A stretch of 64,000 bases of DNA from a virus (lineage: Duplodnaviria; Caudoviricetes): the IMG/VR virus record IMGVR_UViG_3300032327_000953, positions 128,001-192,000 of that record; one strand, 5' to 3'. Positions 8,946 to 21,101 of the stretch are shown here, piece by piece; position 1 is the stretch's first letter, and each line of letters starts with the position of its first letter. The notes beneath the pieces were generated by a model that saw nothing but the letters and a program-made list of their open reading frames with translations, was not told the origin of the DNA and made no database searches. Made by a program: the position numbers and the translations under genes.

Positions 8946-10209
8946 TGAACGATAAACTGAAAAGTAATATCAGGAACTTTATTGTGGATTATGATAATAC
9001 TGTGAGTGATTTTAATATGGCCGATTATGATTTGTGGCTTGAGACTGCTGTTAATCTTTTAAAGGAAGTTTTGGAGAATAAATAATGACTAATCTACCAG
9101 AAATAGACAAAATATCAGTAATGAATCTGAAACCAGACGATATACTAGTTTTTAGTACCTATGATAAAATAGCTAGTAGTGTTTATTCAAGAATAGACCA
9201 AAAAATAACCGATTGGAAAGCCCAAAACAATATAAAAAACAAACATTTGATACTAACCTCTCTAAAACTAGAAGTATTATCAAAGGAACAGACTCAAAAA
9301 CTGGAAAATAACTAATGACTAGATTAAATTTGGATTTGACAACTAGACAGATTAATCTTTTATTTGAAAGTTTGGAAACATTACAGGCTTACTACAAGAC
9401 AACTAATACTAATACTATAAATGTTGAACGGGAAATTATTAATTTTACTAGGTATTTGGACAGTAAAGTATTTAAAGGAGAATAAATATGGCTGGACTTG
9501 TATTGTTTGGTATACTAGGATATATGGCTTGTATACGAATTTATGATTGGTGGAATGGATATGGGGATTTATTTTAATGGTAATGAATATCAAAAAAGAA
9601 TTACAAAATCTTGACCGTAATGATTTTATAGCAGTTTCACAACTTACTGATATGATAATATTTGATCTTACTGATCTTCTTATTATTGGGGGAGATGAAG
9701 TTATGTTGTCTGCCGCAAAAGACTATATGATTGACCTTATTAATCCCAACCTATTAGATTTTGATTCAAGTGAGTCTTGACAACATCCGATAAGGATGGT
9801 ATGCTTACTGGCAAAGAGATAACCAATGACCCTGCTAAGAACTCTGAATCTTGAATACGATCTTGTTGAGATTCATTATAATGAGCTTTTGAAGAATAAA
9901 CCTTACTTGGTGAGGGTTTTCTCATATAATAATACTGATCCCAGCGAACTACGTCTGGATGAAAAAGAAGTAAAAAATCTATATCAAACCCTTAAAGAAC
10001 ATGAGCTATTATGAAACCCATAATTTTAACAGATAAAGAAATTGAAGCGATTGAGTGGTACGCAAATTTTCACGACGGGATACATCGTGACACACTCCGC
10101 AATCTACTTGAAAGAATAAAGGATAAATAATGAGTATTCCATATAAAGGAAACTGTGAACATCTCAAAGAAGGATATTGTATAGCTTGCATATCCAAGAT
10201 TAGAGATAA

Positions 10210-10845
10210 TTGGGGTGGATTTTAATAATGAATAATTCAGATATTGTATTGGTAAGTGGTCATTGGCCGCTTACTGTTGAATTTGCTAATAAAACTAGAC
10301 AGAGCATACAGAATTATGCCAATTTGCATAAATATGATTTTCATTATGATGAAATAGAACCAATTGAAAAAGAAGTTTCAGCATTACATTTTAGGAGATG
10401 CAATATACTGCAAAGAGCATCAATAAAATTTCCAAATGCAAAATGGTATGTTTGGCTTGATACGGACATTTTTGCATACAGAACAAACCTAAAGATAGAA
10501 TCAGCAATAGATTTGTCAGATACCAATATTTTATATCATCTATTTCATGAAAAGCCTTGGACTTACTGTGTAAATACTGGAGTTAAATTTGTAAATCGTA
10601 ATGCTATTCAAATTGAATCAAATATATGGAATTTAAGAAATGAACCTGGATGTAATGAATTTCCATATGAACAAAAAGTAATGTGTGAAAAAATTATACC
10701 AAAATATCAAGATAGAATTAAAATACATGATCCTTATATTCTAAATTGTATAGAACAATTGTATCCTATAAATAATGCTATATTTGTTCATATGTGTTAC
10801 AGAAAAGAAAAAGAACGCAATCATTTGATAAATAAATTCATTTAG
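10210..10845 (+). CDS. GT-A glycosyltransferase (GT34/nucleotide-diphospho-sugar transferase-like)
   Basis: WYVWLDTD (DxD) motif, VNTGV, YEQ motif. Confidence 0.65.
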   Translation: MGWILIMNNSDIVLVSGHWPLTVEFANKTRQSIQNYANLHKYDFHYDEIEPIEKEVSALHFRRCNILQRASIKFPNAKWYVWLDTDIFAYRTNLKIESAIDLSDTNILYHLFHEKPWTYCVNTGVKFVNRNAIQIESNIWNLRNEPGCNEFPYEQKVMCEKIIPKYQDRIKIHDPYILNCIEQLYPINNAIFVHMCYRKEKERNHLINKFI

Positions 10846-11470
10846 AGATTATGGAGAAATATAAATGAAAATCCAAAATAAGAAAGAAATTGTTCTCAGT
10901 GTTAAAGATGTTCAAGATATTCTTTTTGATCATTTGACTAAAGAACATAAATTGAGCGGGGATTTTAGTTTTGACTTTGTTGTTATCAATAAACCATACC
11001 CATGTGGAATTCACGATGTTTGTGATCGTCATGAATTTGATGGAGTAAAGATTGTGGTGACTCATGAGTAAACAACTAACCTATGATGAATTAGTACAGA
11101 AAAATCTTGAACTAAGACAAATTATTACTACTCTTAGGAATCAACGAGAAGAATATGAAAAATGCACAGCAAGAATTAATCCTCCTAATAAAAGCTATAA
11201 GGACTTAGAAGATAAATTAGCTTCATTAGAAAACATCCATCAGGATAAAATTCAAGAATTGTGGGATAATCATATTAATCCCTTACAAAATGAAGTCAAA
11301 GACAGAAAAATTCAACTAGAATCAGCATATAAAGCTAGTGAATCTCAAAAAGATAGAATTAAAGAACTAGAGAGTATCATAGCTAATCAAAATACTATGA
11401 TTCATATGGCTGCTGGCTATATTAGTTCAACTCCTCAATTTAGAAATCAACATCCTATGAATGTATTAAA

Positions 11471-11971
11471 GTGGTTAAGAGGTATAATTATACAATGAGT
11501 AAATTTCTAGACAATCAAAAAGCACAAGATATAACTGTTACTCTAATACTTTTTGGAGTAGTGATAGTTCTTACAGTCTTTTCAATGTTTATTCTTAATC
11601 CTATCCACAAAAAGAATATACAAAAACTATCAGAACCACCGCTGATAACTTGTAATCAATGTAAAGGTTCTGGAGAATATCCAACGGATGTTAATAAACT
11701 TATGATGGATGCTAGTTTGGCATTATTCATAAATCATCATCTAATGGTTGACAAGTGTGAAAAGTGTGTTAAACTACCCTACGGTGATGGTTACGATTAT
11801 TGCGACATTGTTCAGAACAAATACAAGATTTTACTTCAAGAATATGGTGCTGCTGGGCCGAAAATAGATATGGCGGCTTGTGATAAGTGTATGGGAATGG
11901 GCCAATTTACCACAATGAAAAAAGATGGGTCTTATATGACTCAAGAGGAATATGATCAGGAAAATAAATGA
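11471..11971 (+). CDS. membrane-anchored protein with DnaJ-type CxxCxGxG zinc motifs
   Basis: N-terminal hydrophobic helix; CNQCKGSG and CDKCMGMG. Confidence 0.55.
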   Translation: MVKRYNYTMSKFLDNQKAQDITVTLILFGVVIVLTVFSMFILNPIHKKNIQKLSEPPLITCNQCKGSGEYPTDVNKLMMDASLALFINHHLMVDKCEKCVKLPYGDGYDYCDIVQNKYKILLQEYGAAGPKIDMAACDKCMGMGQFTTMKKDGSYMTQEEYDQENK

Positions 11972-12057
11972 TGATTATATTTTATAGAGCAGTTTGTAAA
12001 ATTTGTGGTAGTAATTGGAAAAGATGTCCTAAATGTCAATTTGGAGTCTAGTAATTC

Positions 12058-12438
12058 ATGCGTGGTTTAAACGTGCAGAGTCCTTGGTCTACCCTTTTAA
12101 TTAATGGTCAGAAAACGGTCGAAACCCGCTCTTATCGACTCCCACAAAGATTAGAGGGAGTTGAGTTGGCACTGATTGAAACTCCGGGGAAATCGGCCAA
12201 GTTTAAGAGTAGAATTATTGGAACAATTACTTTTAGTGGTTGTATTCAATATTCCTCTAAAGAACAGTGGGAATCTGATGAGAGTAGACATAAGGTGAGC
12301 ATTGAGGATAGGACTTATGGTTGGAAGGATAAGCCTAAGTTTGGTTGGGTAGTAAAATCAGTCAAAAAATTTGAAAATCCAGTTGATCCTCCAGCCAAAC
12401 GTGGTATAATCTACGCTAGGGATTGTAACATTTCTTAG
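12058..12438 (+). CDS. ASCH domain protein
   Basis: LNVQSPW...LINGQKTVETR motif and IIGTI. Confidence 0.8.
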   Translation: MRGLNVQSPWSTLLINGQKTVETRSYRLPQRLEGVELALIETPGKSAKFKSRIIGTITFSGCIQYSSKEQWESDESRHKVSIEDRTYGWKDKPKFGWVVKSVKKFENPVDPPAKRGIIYARDCNIS

Positions 12439-13146
12439 GAGAAATAAAATGGATAACTATAACCAAAATTTTATGATTTCAGCTAATAAATGTGCTAAAT
12501 TCATATATAATGATCCTATTCAAAAAGAATCATATGAAGCACATATCCATCTTGGAAAAAATCCAAGAGATCATATTTATTTTGATGCTGCCTATGTATT
12601 AAACAAAGATGATGAATTGGATATTGACATTAACTATTATCAAGAAATCACTAATAGCTAGGAGTTTAAATGAGTTGGGTTTTTATTGTAGCTAGAGGAT
12701 CAACAGTTGAAAGAGTCAAAGTCTTTACTGATTATTTTGCAGGAGAGGCTTATACTAGTGAATATCTTAGGATAGAATTTGGGGTCAACGAGGTTGATTT
12801 CCCAGAATATCGTAAGGGAGAGTATTATCAAAGTGCTGATTCTGGAGTAAGTGTTGGTCTTTATAAGGATAATATCTAAAATGGAAAAATTGATTAATAC
12901 GTTCCCTTTGTTTCTTATCGTCTTTGTTGTAACAGTTTTGTTTTATCAATCCGAATATAAGGCAGAAGAATGTCAATTAAGGATTAGACAAGATAAGTCT
13001 ATATGCTTTTGTAATGGATTAAGCTTACCAGCAGAAAAGCAATGTCCTAGCATGGATGATTTGTAAAATATTTGATCTTACGATGTCTCTGTGGTACAAT
13101 GGGGTTTGTGAGACAGATTTACAACCTTTAAGTACTGGAGTTAATT

Positions 13147-13323
13147 ATGACGCCGTTCAAGATTAGTATCCTTATTGCAGCATTTCTAAGCTTTGCTTTA
13201 AGTACAGGACTATGGTTTAGTGGAGTAGAAGATGCAAAAGACTGTGGATTATTTGTAGGGTTGTGGGTTCCTAGTTTCTTATCTCTTGGCAATCTGTTAC
13301 TAAAAAACAGTAAAGGAGATTAA
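13147..13323 (+). CDS. 58-aa membrane protein (not in track)
   Basis: Hand translation; two hydrophobic segments, VGLWVPS motif, GGAG RBS. Confidence 0.6.
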   Translation: MTPFKISILIAAFLSFALSTGLWFSGVEDAKDCGLFVGLWVPSFLSLGNLLLKNSKGD

Positions 13324-13549
13324 CATGGAAATGTACATATTTTTTGCTGGAGTAATTATGATGCTAATTGTTAGTTCTGGTTTAGCTATTAGTATTCTAT
13401 TTTTAGGTGATGTTAATCCAGACTCAAGAAGTAATCGTAGAGTAAATTATACATTAGCTGAACTTAAAGATAATAATGTATTGAAGAAATTAGTTAGCGA
13501 AGTTAAAAGATACAAAGTTAAACTTGATGAACAATCATAAAGGTGTGAT

Positions 13550-13714
13550 ATGATTAATATGGTAATTATTCCCGCTTTCATTAGCTTGTTATTAAGTTTA
13601 GGGCTAATGTTTAGCGGGATACCAAATGCAGAATTCTATAGTTTATATGTGGGCCTTTGGGTTCCAAGTATTTTATGCTATGGTATTTTGTTGTGTGTTG
13701 CAGGAAAGAAATAA
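13550..13714 (+). CDS. 54-aa membrane protein, paralog of 13147..13323 (not in track)
   Basis: Hand translation; VGLWVPS motif. Confidence 0.6.
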   Translation: MINMVIIPAFISLLLSLGLMFSGIPNAEFYSLYVGLWVPSILCYGILLCVAGKK

Positions 13715-13730
13715 TTGCTAATGAAGCATC

Positions 13731-13758
13731 TTGACAAACGCCGATAACATAGTATACT
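13731..13758 (+). promoter_or_regulatory. sigma70-type promoter with GCCGATA in the spacer
   Basis: TTGACA(13731-13736)-16 bp-TATACT(13753-13758). Confidence 0.7.
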
Positions 13759-15340
13759 TGGGTATCCTTTGGAGAAAGTTTTATGAGTCCAACAGTTCAA
13801 CAAAAAGTTCAAGATTTGATTGATAAGTATTTCATTGGTCAGAATAACTACGAACTATCTATCAAACAAGATAACCTAGACAAATTCTTGTCAGAATACA
13901 ATAAGATTATTATTACTCGCACCGTAGAAGTTTGCGGCCTGCACTGATGAAACAAAATAGAAAAATTATTGATTTTGCTTTTCGACAATCTTTGTGTTGT
14001 GAGAATGATTTTTATCTTGAAATTTATCGACCAAAAACCAATGCTTTTGGTAATACAAGATATATTCCAATGGATAATCCTCATAGAATGAATAAGGCGG
14101 AACTTAAACTATTGGCTGACTTTATCTATAAATTTATCGGAGAAAAAAATGACAATTCAAGAATTGCGTAATTGCGGATATAAAGTAAAAGTTCTTCATA
14201 ATCGTCTTTACAACGGTTATTATAAATGGCAAGTAGGCAGCAAGACTGCGGAGGGTTATGGTTATGGGCCTATTGATCCAGATACTAAAGGTGGCTCAAC
14301 TCAAATCATAATTGATAGCCCGCATGGTAGTCATTATGAGGGGCTGGCTATTTGCAGCAAAAAAGAGAATTATAATAAGAAATTGGGAGTAAGAATTGCT
14401 CTTGGAAGATGTAATGTTAACCAAACTTTTTATATCCAATATGCTCAAATAAAGGCTGAAAATGAATAATGAAGAAAAAATTGAAGAAATTAAAAGAATG
14501 TGTTTGGGTATTATGCAATGCTGGAGTCAAAAATCTTCATACAACGATCCCTATGAAGATGGTAGAATTGTGGGACGTTCAACATTAGCTGAGACTATTT
14601 TGGATATTATTAATGAATCATACTCCTGATACTATTGTGAGTTTAGTCGGTGGGCCTTTATGCGGAGAAAGCGTTACTATGAAAGGCAATAGGATTCCTA
14701 ACAGTATTCCAATGTTTTCAGAAGGTAAATTTTATACATACAATCTTATTTTCAATCAAGAAGAAGATTGGACAAGTATTTATTATGAATATTCTAATGA
14801 AGTAATGGAGATCACTACTAATGGCTAAGAGTTTTCAAGATTTGATGAAGAAAACTTGCTCTAAAGATGTTATTATTGCAGGATACAAGAAAACTATGGA
14901 CTATTTTGCAGAATATATTGGACTAACTGATAGTCAACTTAAAAATACTACCAGAGTTCTTCCTAGCGGTTTTGAAACAAAAAAGATTTTTAGACCATAC
15001 TCAGTTACTACAAAAACAGTTAGCTATTATAATCCACCTAAAAGGCGTGATCCAGCACGAAGATGGCAATGAGAACATTTAAAGAAGAAGTAAGAAAAGT
15101 TCTTGACGATGTGAATTGTGATATTTGTGGAAAAAGTACCACTAACTATCCAGATGTTGGGCCAGATTATGCTACGCTAGAATCCTATTGGGGATATGGC
15201 TCAAGTAATGATGGATCAAAATATGAGATTCACATTTGTGAGAATTGTTTTGATGAAACTCTAGAATTTCTCAAACAAAAAAGAAAGAGCGTTTTGGGGC
15301 CATTTAGTTATCCTTATGATGTAGACCCTTTGGATGGAGT

Positions 15341-15952
15341 ATGAATAATTCAATAACTCTAATTGGTGATCTTCATGGCAAGTATAAAAACTATCATGAA
15401 ATTATCAGAGAAAAAGATCGTAATCCATATACCCTACAATTAGGCGATTTTGGATTTAAATATGATACATTAAAGAATGTTGACTCTACCAGACATTTAA
15501 TATTGCCTGGAAATCATGACAATTACAACGATTGCTACAATCATTCTCATTTCTTGGGTGATTACGGATATACTTCTCTTAATAGAGTAAAATTCTTCTA
15601 TTATAGAGGAGCATATAGTATTGATCGCGGAGATAGAACTATTGGTATTGACTGGTGGGAAGATGAACAGGTTACTATAGACCAATTCATGAAAGCTAGA
15701 GAACTCTATAGAATAGTTAAGCCAGACATTGTTATTACTCATGACTGTCCAGATGAAGTTGCTTTCCGTTTATTAAAACCACATCAAAGAAAATATGAGA
15801 ATTTAACAGGATGGGCTTTGCAAGAGCTATTTAATATTCATCAACCAAAGAAATGGAGATTTGGTCATTGGCATCAAAGTTGGAATATGAATATAAGCGG
15901 TACAGACTTTAGATGTTTAAACGAATTGGAAACGGAAGTATTGACAGTCTAG
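15341..15952 (+). CDS. calcineurin-like metallophosphoesterase
   Basis: GDLHG, GDFG, GNHD, THD, FGHWH motifs. Confidence 0.9.
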   Translation: MNNSITLIGDLHGKYKNYHEIIREKDRNPYTLQLGDFGFKYDTLKNVDSTRHLILPGNHDNYNDCYNHSHFLGDYGYTSLNRVKFFYYRGAYSIDRGDRTIGIDWWEDEQVTIDQFMKARELYRIVKPDIVITHDCPDEVAFRLLKPHQRKYENLTGWALQELFNIHQPKKWRFGHWHQSWNMNISGTDFRCLNELETEVLTV

Positions 15953-15968
15953 AATCAGATAGTATAAT
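15941..15968 (+). promoter_or_regulatory. sigma70-type promoter
   Basis: TTGACA(15941-15946)-16 bp-TATAAT(15963-15968). Confidence 0.7.
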
Positions 15969-16550
15969 TAAAATGTTGATGCCGAAAGGTCGGGGTAGCG
16001 GGTATCCTCACAATCAACTTCCGTAGGTTTTGTTTGCAGAAAAGTTTTCGTAAATTAACCAAAACCAATTCTGCTTTAATATAAGGAATAATTATGAGTC
16101 AAGATGAGAGGTTTGTCCTATTTTGGCTATATAATACAGTTGCCAAAAAGATGCCGGATAATCCTTATGGTTCTAATGATATTATAGTCAATGGAATTAA
16201 TGTAACAGAAACTGTTAGAAAGCTATTGCAAGATAGATTATTTGTATGAATGAAATAGAAAAAGCTAATATACTTGAAATCATAAAGTTATGTAATCGAA
16301 AGATTAAAGAACAAAAAGATCATGAGTCTACTTCTGGATATGGAGAAGATTATAATGATGGTAGGATTGTTGGTGGTGCGGCATTGGCACGAAGAATTCT
16401 GACTATACTAAAATATGTTGAACTTTGATTATGAGTGAATTACCAGATAGTAAAATTCCTTGGTGGGATAATCACTATGAAGATACTTATAGTGAAGAAA
16501 TAGAAGATGGATATCCTTATGATATGGGAACTAAAGTACAGGAATAAATT

Positions 16551-17333
16551 ATGTGGTTCAGACCAAGATCAAGAATTCATCATTGGAATTGTTCTAGGTT
16601 CGCGGATTTTATTCGCGGAGAAAAGAAACCTTTTGCTTTAGAGTGGGGCAAATGGGATGAATGGAAAAAAGAACAAAGAAAGAAAAGACCAATTCGGTTT
16701 TGGCTGGCAGAAGAAGTATTACCTAAACTACAGGATTTGATCCTGTTTCCTGTGGATGTTTACACTGAGATTAGATATTATATCAATAATCGCTGGATAA
16801 ATAAAACGCATTATCTAAAAACTGGATTAAAACCGGGACATTACTACGAGCTTGATTACAGAATTCTTCATGGTTTATTTAATGAGCTTGTGGATTTCGT
16901 AGAGATCGAATATGCACATCTAGCAAAGTGGTCTCTTAAAAAGGGCGCTAAAAACTACAAGTTCAAACATGGTCGATCAGTTGAGGCAGGATTAGCTTAT
17001 CTAAAGTGGGCTTGCTCTTTAAAGTATAACAAAGATTGGGGAATAGATAAAAAAGATCCTAAATATGGGAAACCAACCCATCAAAGTATTAAAGCACAAA
17101 AAATAAAAAAACTTTATCTCTGGTGGAAAGATCGTCCAAACAGACCACAACCTATGGACGTTGCCAAATTGTCTTGGAATCAAGATAAAGAAAATAATTT
17201 GATGGACGGTAAGATAACAAGAAAAGAATTATCTCAATTCAAAAAACTTGAAAAGATTGAAATAGACTACGAGAAAGAAGATACAAAAATGCTTATTGAA
17301 CTGATTAAAATCCGTAAAGAGCTATGGTCATGA
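16551..17333 (+). CDS. hypothetical phage protein (Trp/Lys-rich)
   Basis: 260-aa ORF in track, coupled to the downstream ORF. Confidence 0.7.
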   Translation: MWFRPRSRIHHWNCSRFADFIRGEKKPFALEWGKWDEWKKEQRKKRPIRFWLAEEVLPKLQDLILFPVDVYTEIRYYINNRWINKTHYLKTGLKPGHYYELDYRILHGLFNELVDFVEIEYAHLAKWSLKKGAKNYKFKHGRSVEAGLAYLKWACSLKYNKDWGIDKKDPKYGKPTHQSIKAQKIKKLYLWWKDRPNRPQPMDVAKLSWNQDKENNLMDGKITRKELSQFKKLEKIEIDYEKEDTKMLIELIKIRKELWS

Positions 17334-19575
17334 GAAAAGCTAATCTAGAACACGATCTTATCAAATCAGATTATATCACAGAAAAATGTACAAATAGCAC
17401 ATCTTACAGTCAAAATCTATATGCTGCTATGTGTAATAACTTATTCTACAAGAATGATGAGGAATGGAGTTGCTCTTGGAGATATTCTGGGGGTGTTGTT
17501 GCAGATATAAGAAATAATGGTGAAAGTTATATTGATTGGTATTGTTCTGGAATAGGTAGCGGTCGTGAGGGATATGTCGGTGAGAGTTTCGTTACTGATG
17601 AAGTTCGATCAGACTTACTACAACTAGGATGGATTATCAAAGAATATCCTCAGAGCGAACAGGTTGATGCTATCTAGGGAGTTCCTATTAAAAAGAGGGT
17701 ACTGCTGCCACCTTGGTTGTTTTAATTGTCCCTATGGCGACAACCCAGAGGTCTTGACAAAGGAACCAGAGGACGTTAAACTAGAACATAACGACGAATC
17801 ATCCACTAAAAAGGAAAAACAATGAACGAATCAGTCAATCAAGCTATTTGTGATTTCTATAATAGTGTTTGGAATTATATGAAAGCTGAATATAAGCCAA
17901 GGTGGGCTAGACTTTATAATTCTCAAGATATTCTAGATGAAATGATTACGATTACTGGACAGTATTATCTTGGTGGAAATAATGTTCCCGATACTGCTGG
18001 CGATATTGTTAGATTCCTCAAGAATAGAGACTAATGACTTATTCTGATTTTAGAAATAAAATTGATCACGATCTTAAAAAATATAACTTAAGATATGGTC
18101 AAACGGTTATGAATGTTTTGTCAGAAGTTTGGCCCGAAAAGAATAAAGAATTAATGACAACTGATTGGGATTGTTTCTATAACGACAACAAAGCAGATGT
18201 TTTACTAAATTACTTAGAAAAAATATGGAATCATGAAACAGGTAGATAAAAAAGATCCCTTTTTTGATATAGACACATATATAAACCATTTAGAGAAAAC
18301 TATAGAGCAGCAAAAATATACTATAGAGTCTCTTAAAACTGAGATTAGAATTCAAAGAAAAGAAATAGGTGCTTTGCGAGAAGAACGCAGACTATTACTA
18401 GAGCAAGACAAGCCTCCGATGTTTGATAACAATTTATGGATAGAAAATGGAGATAATTATGAAAGATAAAACAGAAGTCTTTGCTATCGGTACTGATGTT
18501 AAACTTGCAGAAGATGTCTTTGGTAAGGTGACTGGAATTAATATTCGTGGAAATAATTCTATTTCTTATGAAATTGGTTGGTGGAATGGTCGCAGCTATG
18601 ATTGCAAGAGTTTTGCAGACTATGAGATTGAGGAAACATTGTCTACAACTAAACAGCGAATAGGATTTGCGTGAGTATGAAGTGGGATTATACTTGGTTA
18701 GTAGAATTAACTTTTATCATATTGGTTTTCTTTACTATTGGTTATATGTTGGGCATTTCATTTTGAAAAATAAGGATATAGTATGGAAAAATTAACCGAA
18801 TTACTTTTGGCTATGATCATAGGAATTATAGGATTCTATTTGATCTACCACAACTCAAATCTACAAATGTTGTTGGGAATATTTTTAGCTCTTTGGAGCA
18901 ATAATATTGCTATGAAGTTTAATATTCTTGATACAGCCAAGAAATAAATAGGAGATATGTATGCGTCTTGATTTAGCTTTGGGATTAAAGCCTGGGGATA
19001 AGGTAGTTAATGTATTTATGGATGAGCTTGTTATATCGTCAATAGATCATAGTTATGATCCCAAACCACCAGTATTTATTGCATTAGACACTATGCTACA
19101 AAAGCATTATTTGTGGTTTGACGATATTTATTATCCAGATTTGTCTGATATTTGTGATGAAGAAAAAAGTTTTGTCCTTTGGGCTAAAGATAATAGACAA
19201 TTTATTGGAGAAAATTCTAGACTTCTCAAGACTGTTTATATGCAAGGATTTGCTATGGGTTTTGAGCATAAAAGACAAATATCTTATGAGGAGCAGATGC
19301 AAAAATGAGCGATCAATATGATCCAAACTGGAATCCAGACGATTATGATATGAAGCTCAAGTATGAGCCAATGGATTTATCTAAAGTAAATGCTATACTA
19401 TCTAAATATAAAGGGCAGCCAGTTCTGGACTATATTATCGAACTATATAAGCTTATTGAATATCAAAAACAAAGATTGAATGAACAGGAAAAGCAGATCA
19501 TAGCCTTAAAGCATACAGAAGCATGGAAACACTACGATAAGTCAATAAATAAATACAATCCTAGAACTAGGAAAT

Positions 19576-20307
19576 ATGAATAAATTCGACAACATATCTA
19601 CTATCAACTATATAAATCTTGAATCAAGTATTGATAGACGAGATTTTATGGAGAGTCAATTCGCTAAATACGGTATAACAAAATACCAGTGTTTTCTCAC
19701 AATACCTTTTGAAACCTACAAAGATTCATGTAAACTCTCTGGTAGATTTATAGATAGCGTTAATCATCATGGTACAAATATAACCTTTCTAAGATGTATT
19801 AAAAATTGGCTTGATAATACAGATGAAGAATATGGGATATTCCTTGAGGATGATACTAGTTTTGAAACTTCTAATTACTGGTCTTTTACATGGTCTGAAT
19901 TAATTGGTAGTTTACCCAGCAATTGGGATATTGTACAACTAATACGTATCAATGATTGGTCTGATGGAAGAAATCCACAACTATCATGCAGACCTAGAAA
20001 TTGGGATGATTGGGGAGCAACTTGCATGATAAAAAGAGATTATGCAAAGAGACTCATTTCTGCTTATATGATCAATAATAATGAGTATTTTCTAGATATA
20101 GCTGGCACAAATCTTATGCCTATAGTGGAAAATCTTTTATTTTGTCAGTCTGGAAATTGTCTAAATATTCCTTTGTTTGTTGAGGGGGATTTTACATCTA
20201 CCTATAATAGAGGTTATGACGAAATTCATGAAGTATCAAAACAAAAATATAAAGACCTGTGGATAACAAATGGTCAGCAAACTAAAATACCTGACCTATA
20301 TCAGTAA
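19576..20307 (+). CDS. GT25-like glycosyltransferase
   Basis: YINLESS.DRR, IFLEDD, WDIVQL motifs. Confidence 0.75.
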   Translation: MNKFDNISTINYINLESSIDRRDFMESQFAKYGITKYQCFLTIPFETYKDSCKLSGRFIDSVNHHGTNITFLRCIKNWLDNTDEEYGIFLEDDTSFETSNYWSFTWSELIGSLPSNWDIVQLIRINDWSDGRNPQLSCRPRNWDDWGATCMIKRDYAKRLISAYMINNNEYFLDIAGTNLMPIVENLLFCQSGNCLNIPLFVEGDFTSTYNRGYDEIHEVSKQKYKDLWITNGQQTKIPDLYQ

Positions 20308-20597
20308 GCGTTGACAAAACTATATGAGATGCTATAATTAGTGGTAATCTAGGAGAAAATCAATGCTTTGGTCAGAAGTAAAAAAATGGGCAAAAGAAAA
20401 AGGCTACGAAACCATCAAAGATAAAGAAGATGGTCAGTATTATTGGGCAAAATTAGATGCTCCAGTTGAGGCTAGTGGAGTTGCTAAAAGTGTTAGTAAA
20501 TTAGCTACTGCTATTTTTAATCATTCTACTGAAGATAAATGGGTTGAATACCAACTCAAATTCAAAGAAGAAAAAGAATATACCAAATTCACAGTGA

Positions 20598-21101
20598 GTG
20601 ACTATGGCTATTAAAAGTTTATATGTTGATAGAGACTGGGAAACTAAATCTATAGATAAGATTTGTTATGCTATACGACACGCCACAAACATAGACCTAA
20701 ATACTTCAATAGCAATTTTACAATTAAGCTATGAATACTCTGGTTTGATGGCACAGTTAATGGCTCATAAACTCTCTATAAAAAATGAACCCATAGATAT
20801 AGAACCTGTTAATATTCCATACAAAAATGAGTTTGAAGCTATTATACATCCAGATCAACTTGATCCATATAATCAACTAATAGTTATTGATAGTGGTTGT
20901 TTAAGTGGAAATAATTTTCGTAGAATAGAAACTAAACTATTAGATTATGGTTTTAGTAGACAGGATTTATTTTTTACCTGTGTAGCTTGCGATCTTAATA
21001 GCGTATTTCAACCAGATTTTTGTCCTATATATTTTAATGGAGACGAGCAAATGGTTCATTTCTGGTGGGAAACTAAAACAGATAAATTCAGGAGAGATTA
21101 A
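20598..21101 (+). CDS. divergent phosphoribosyltransferase-fold protein
   Basis: LIVIDSGCLSGNNF resembles a PRPP-binding loop; translationally coupled to thyX. Confidence 0.45.
   Translation: MTMAIKSLYVDRDWETKSIDKICYAIRHATNIDLNTSIAILQLSYEYSGLMAQLMAHKLSIKNEPIDIEPVNIPYKNEFEAIIHPDQLDPYNQLIVIDSGCLSGNNFRRIETKLLDYGFSRQDLFFTCVACDLNSVFQPDFCPIYFNGDEQMVHFWWETKTDKFRRD

Larger units (their letters stand above)
2877..20614 (+). other. dense array of mostly short, co-oriented hypothetical ORFs (accessory/early-type phage region)
   Basis: Dozens of 40-170 aa + strand ORFs with overlapping stop/start codons and GGAG RBSs; few recognisable domains. Confidence 0.75.
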
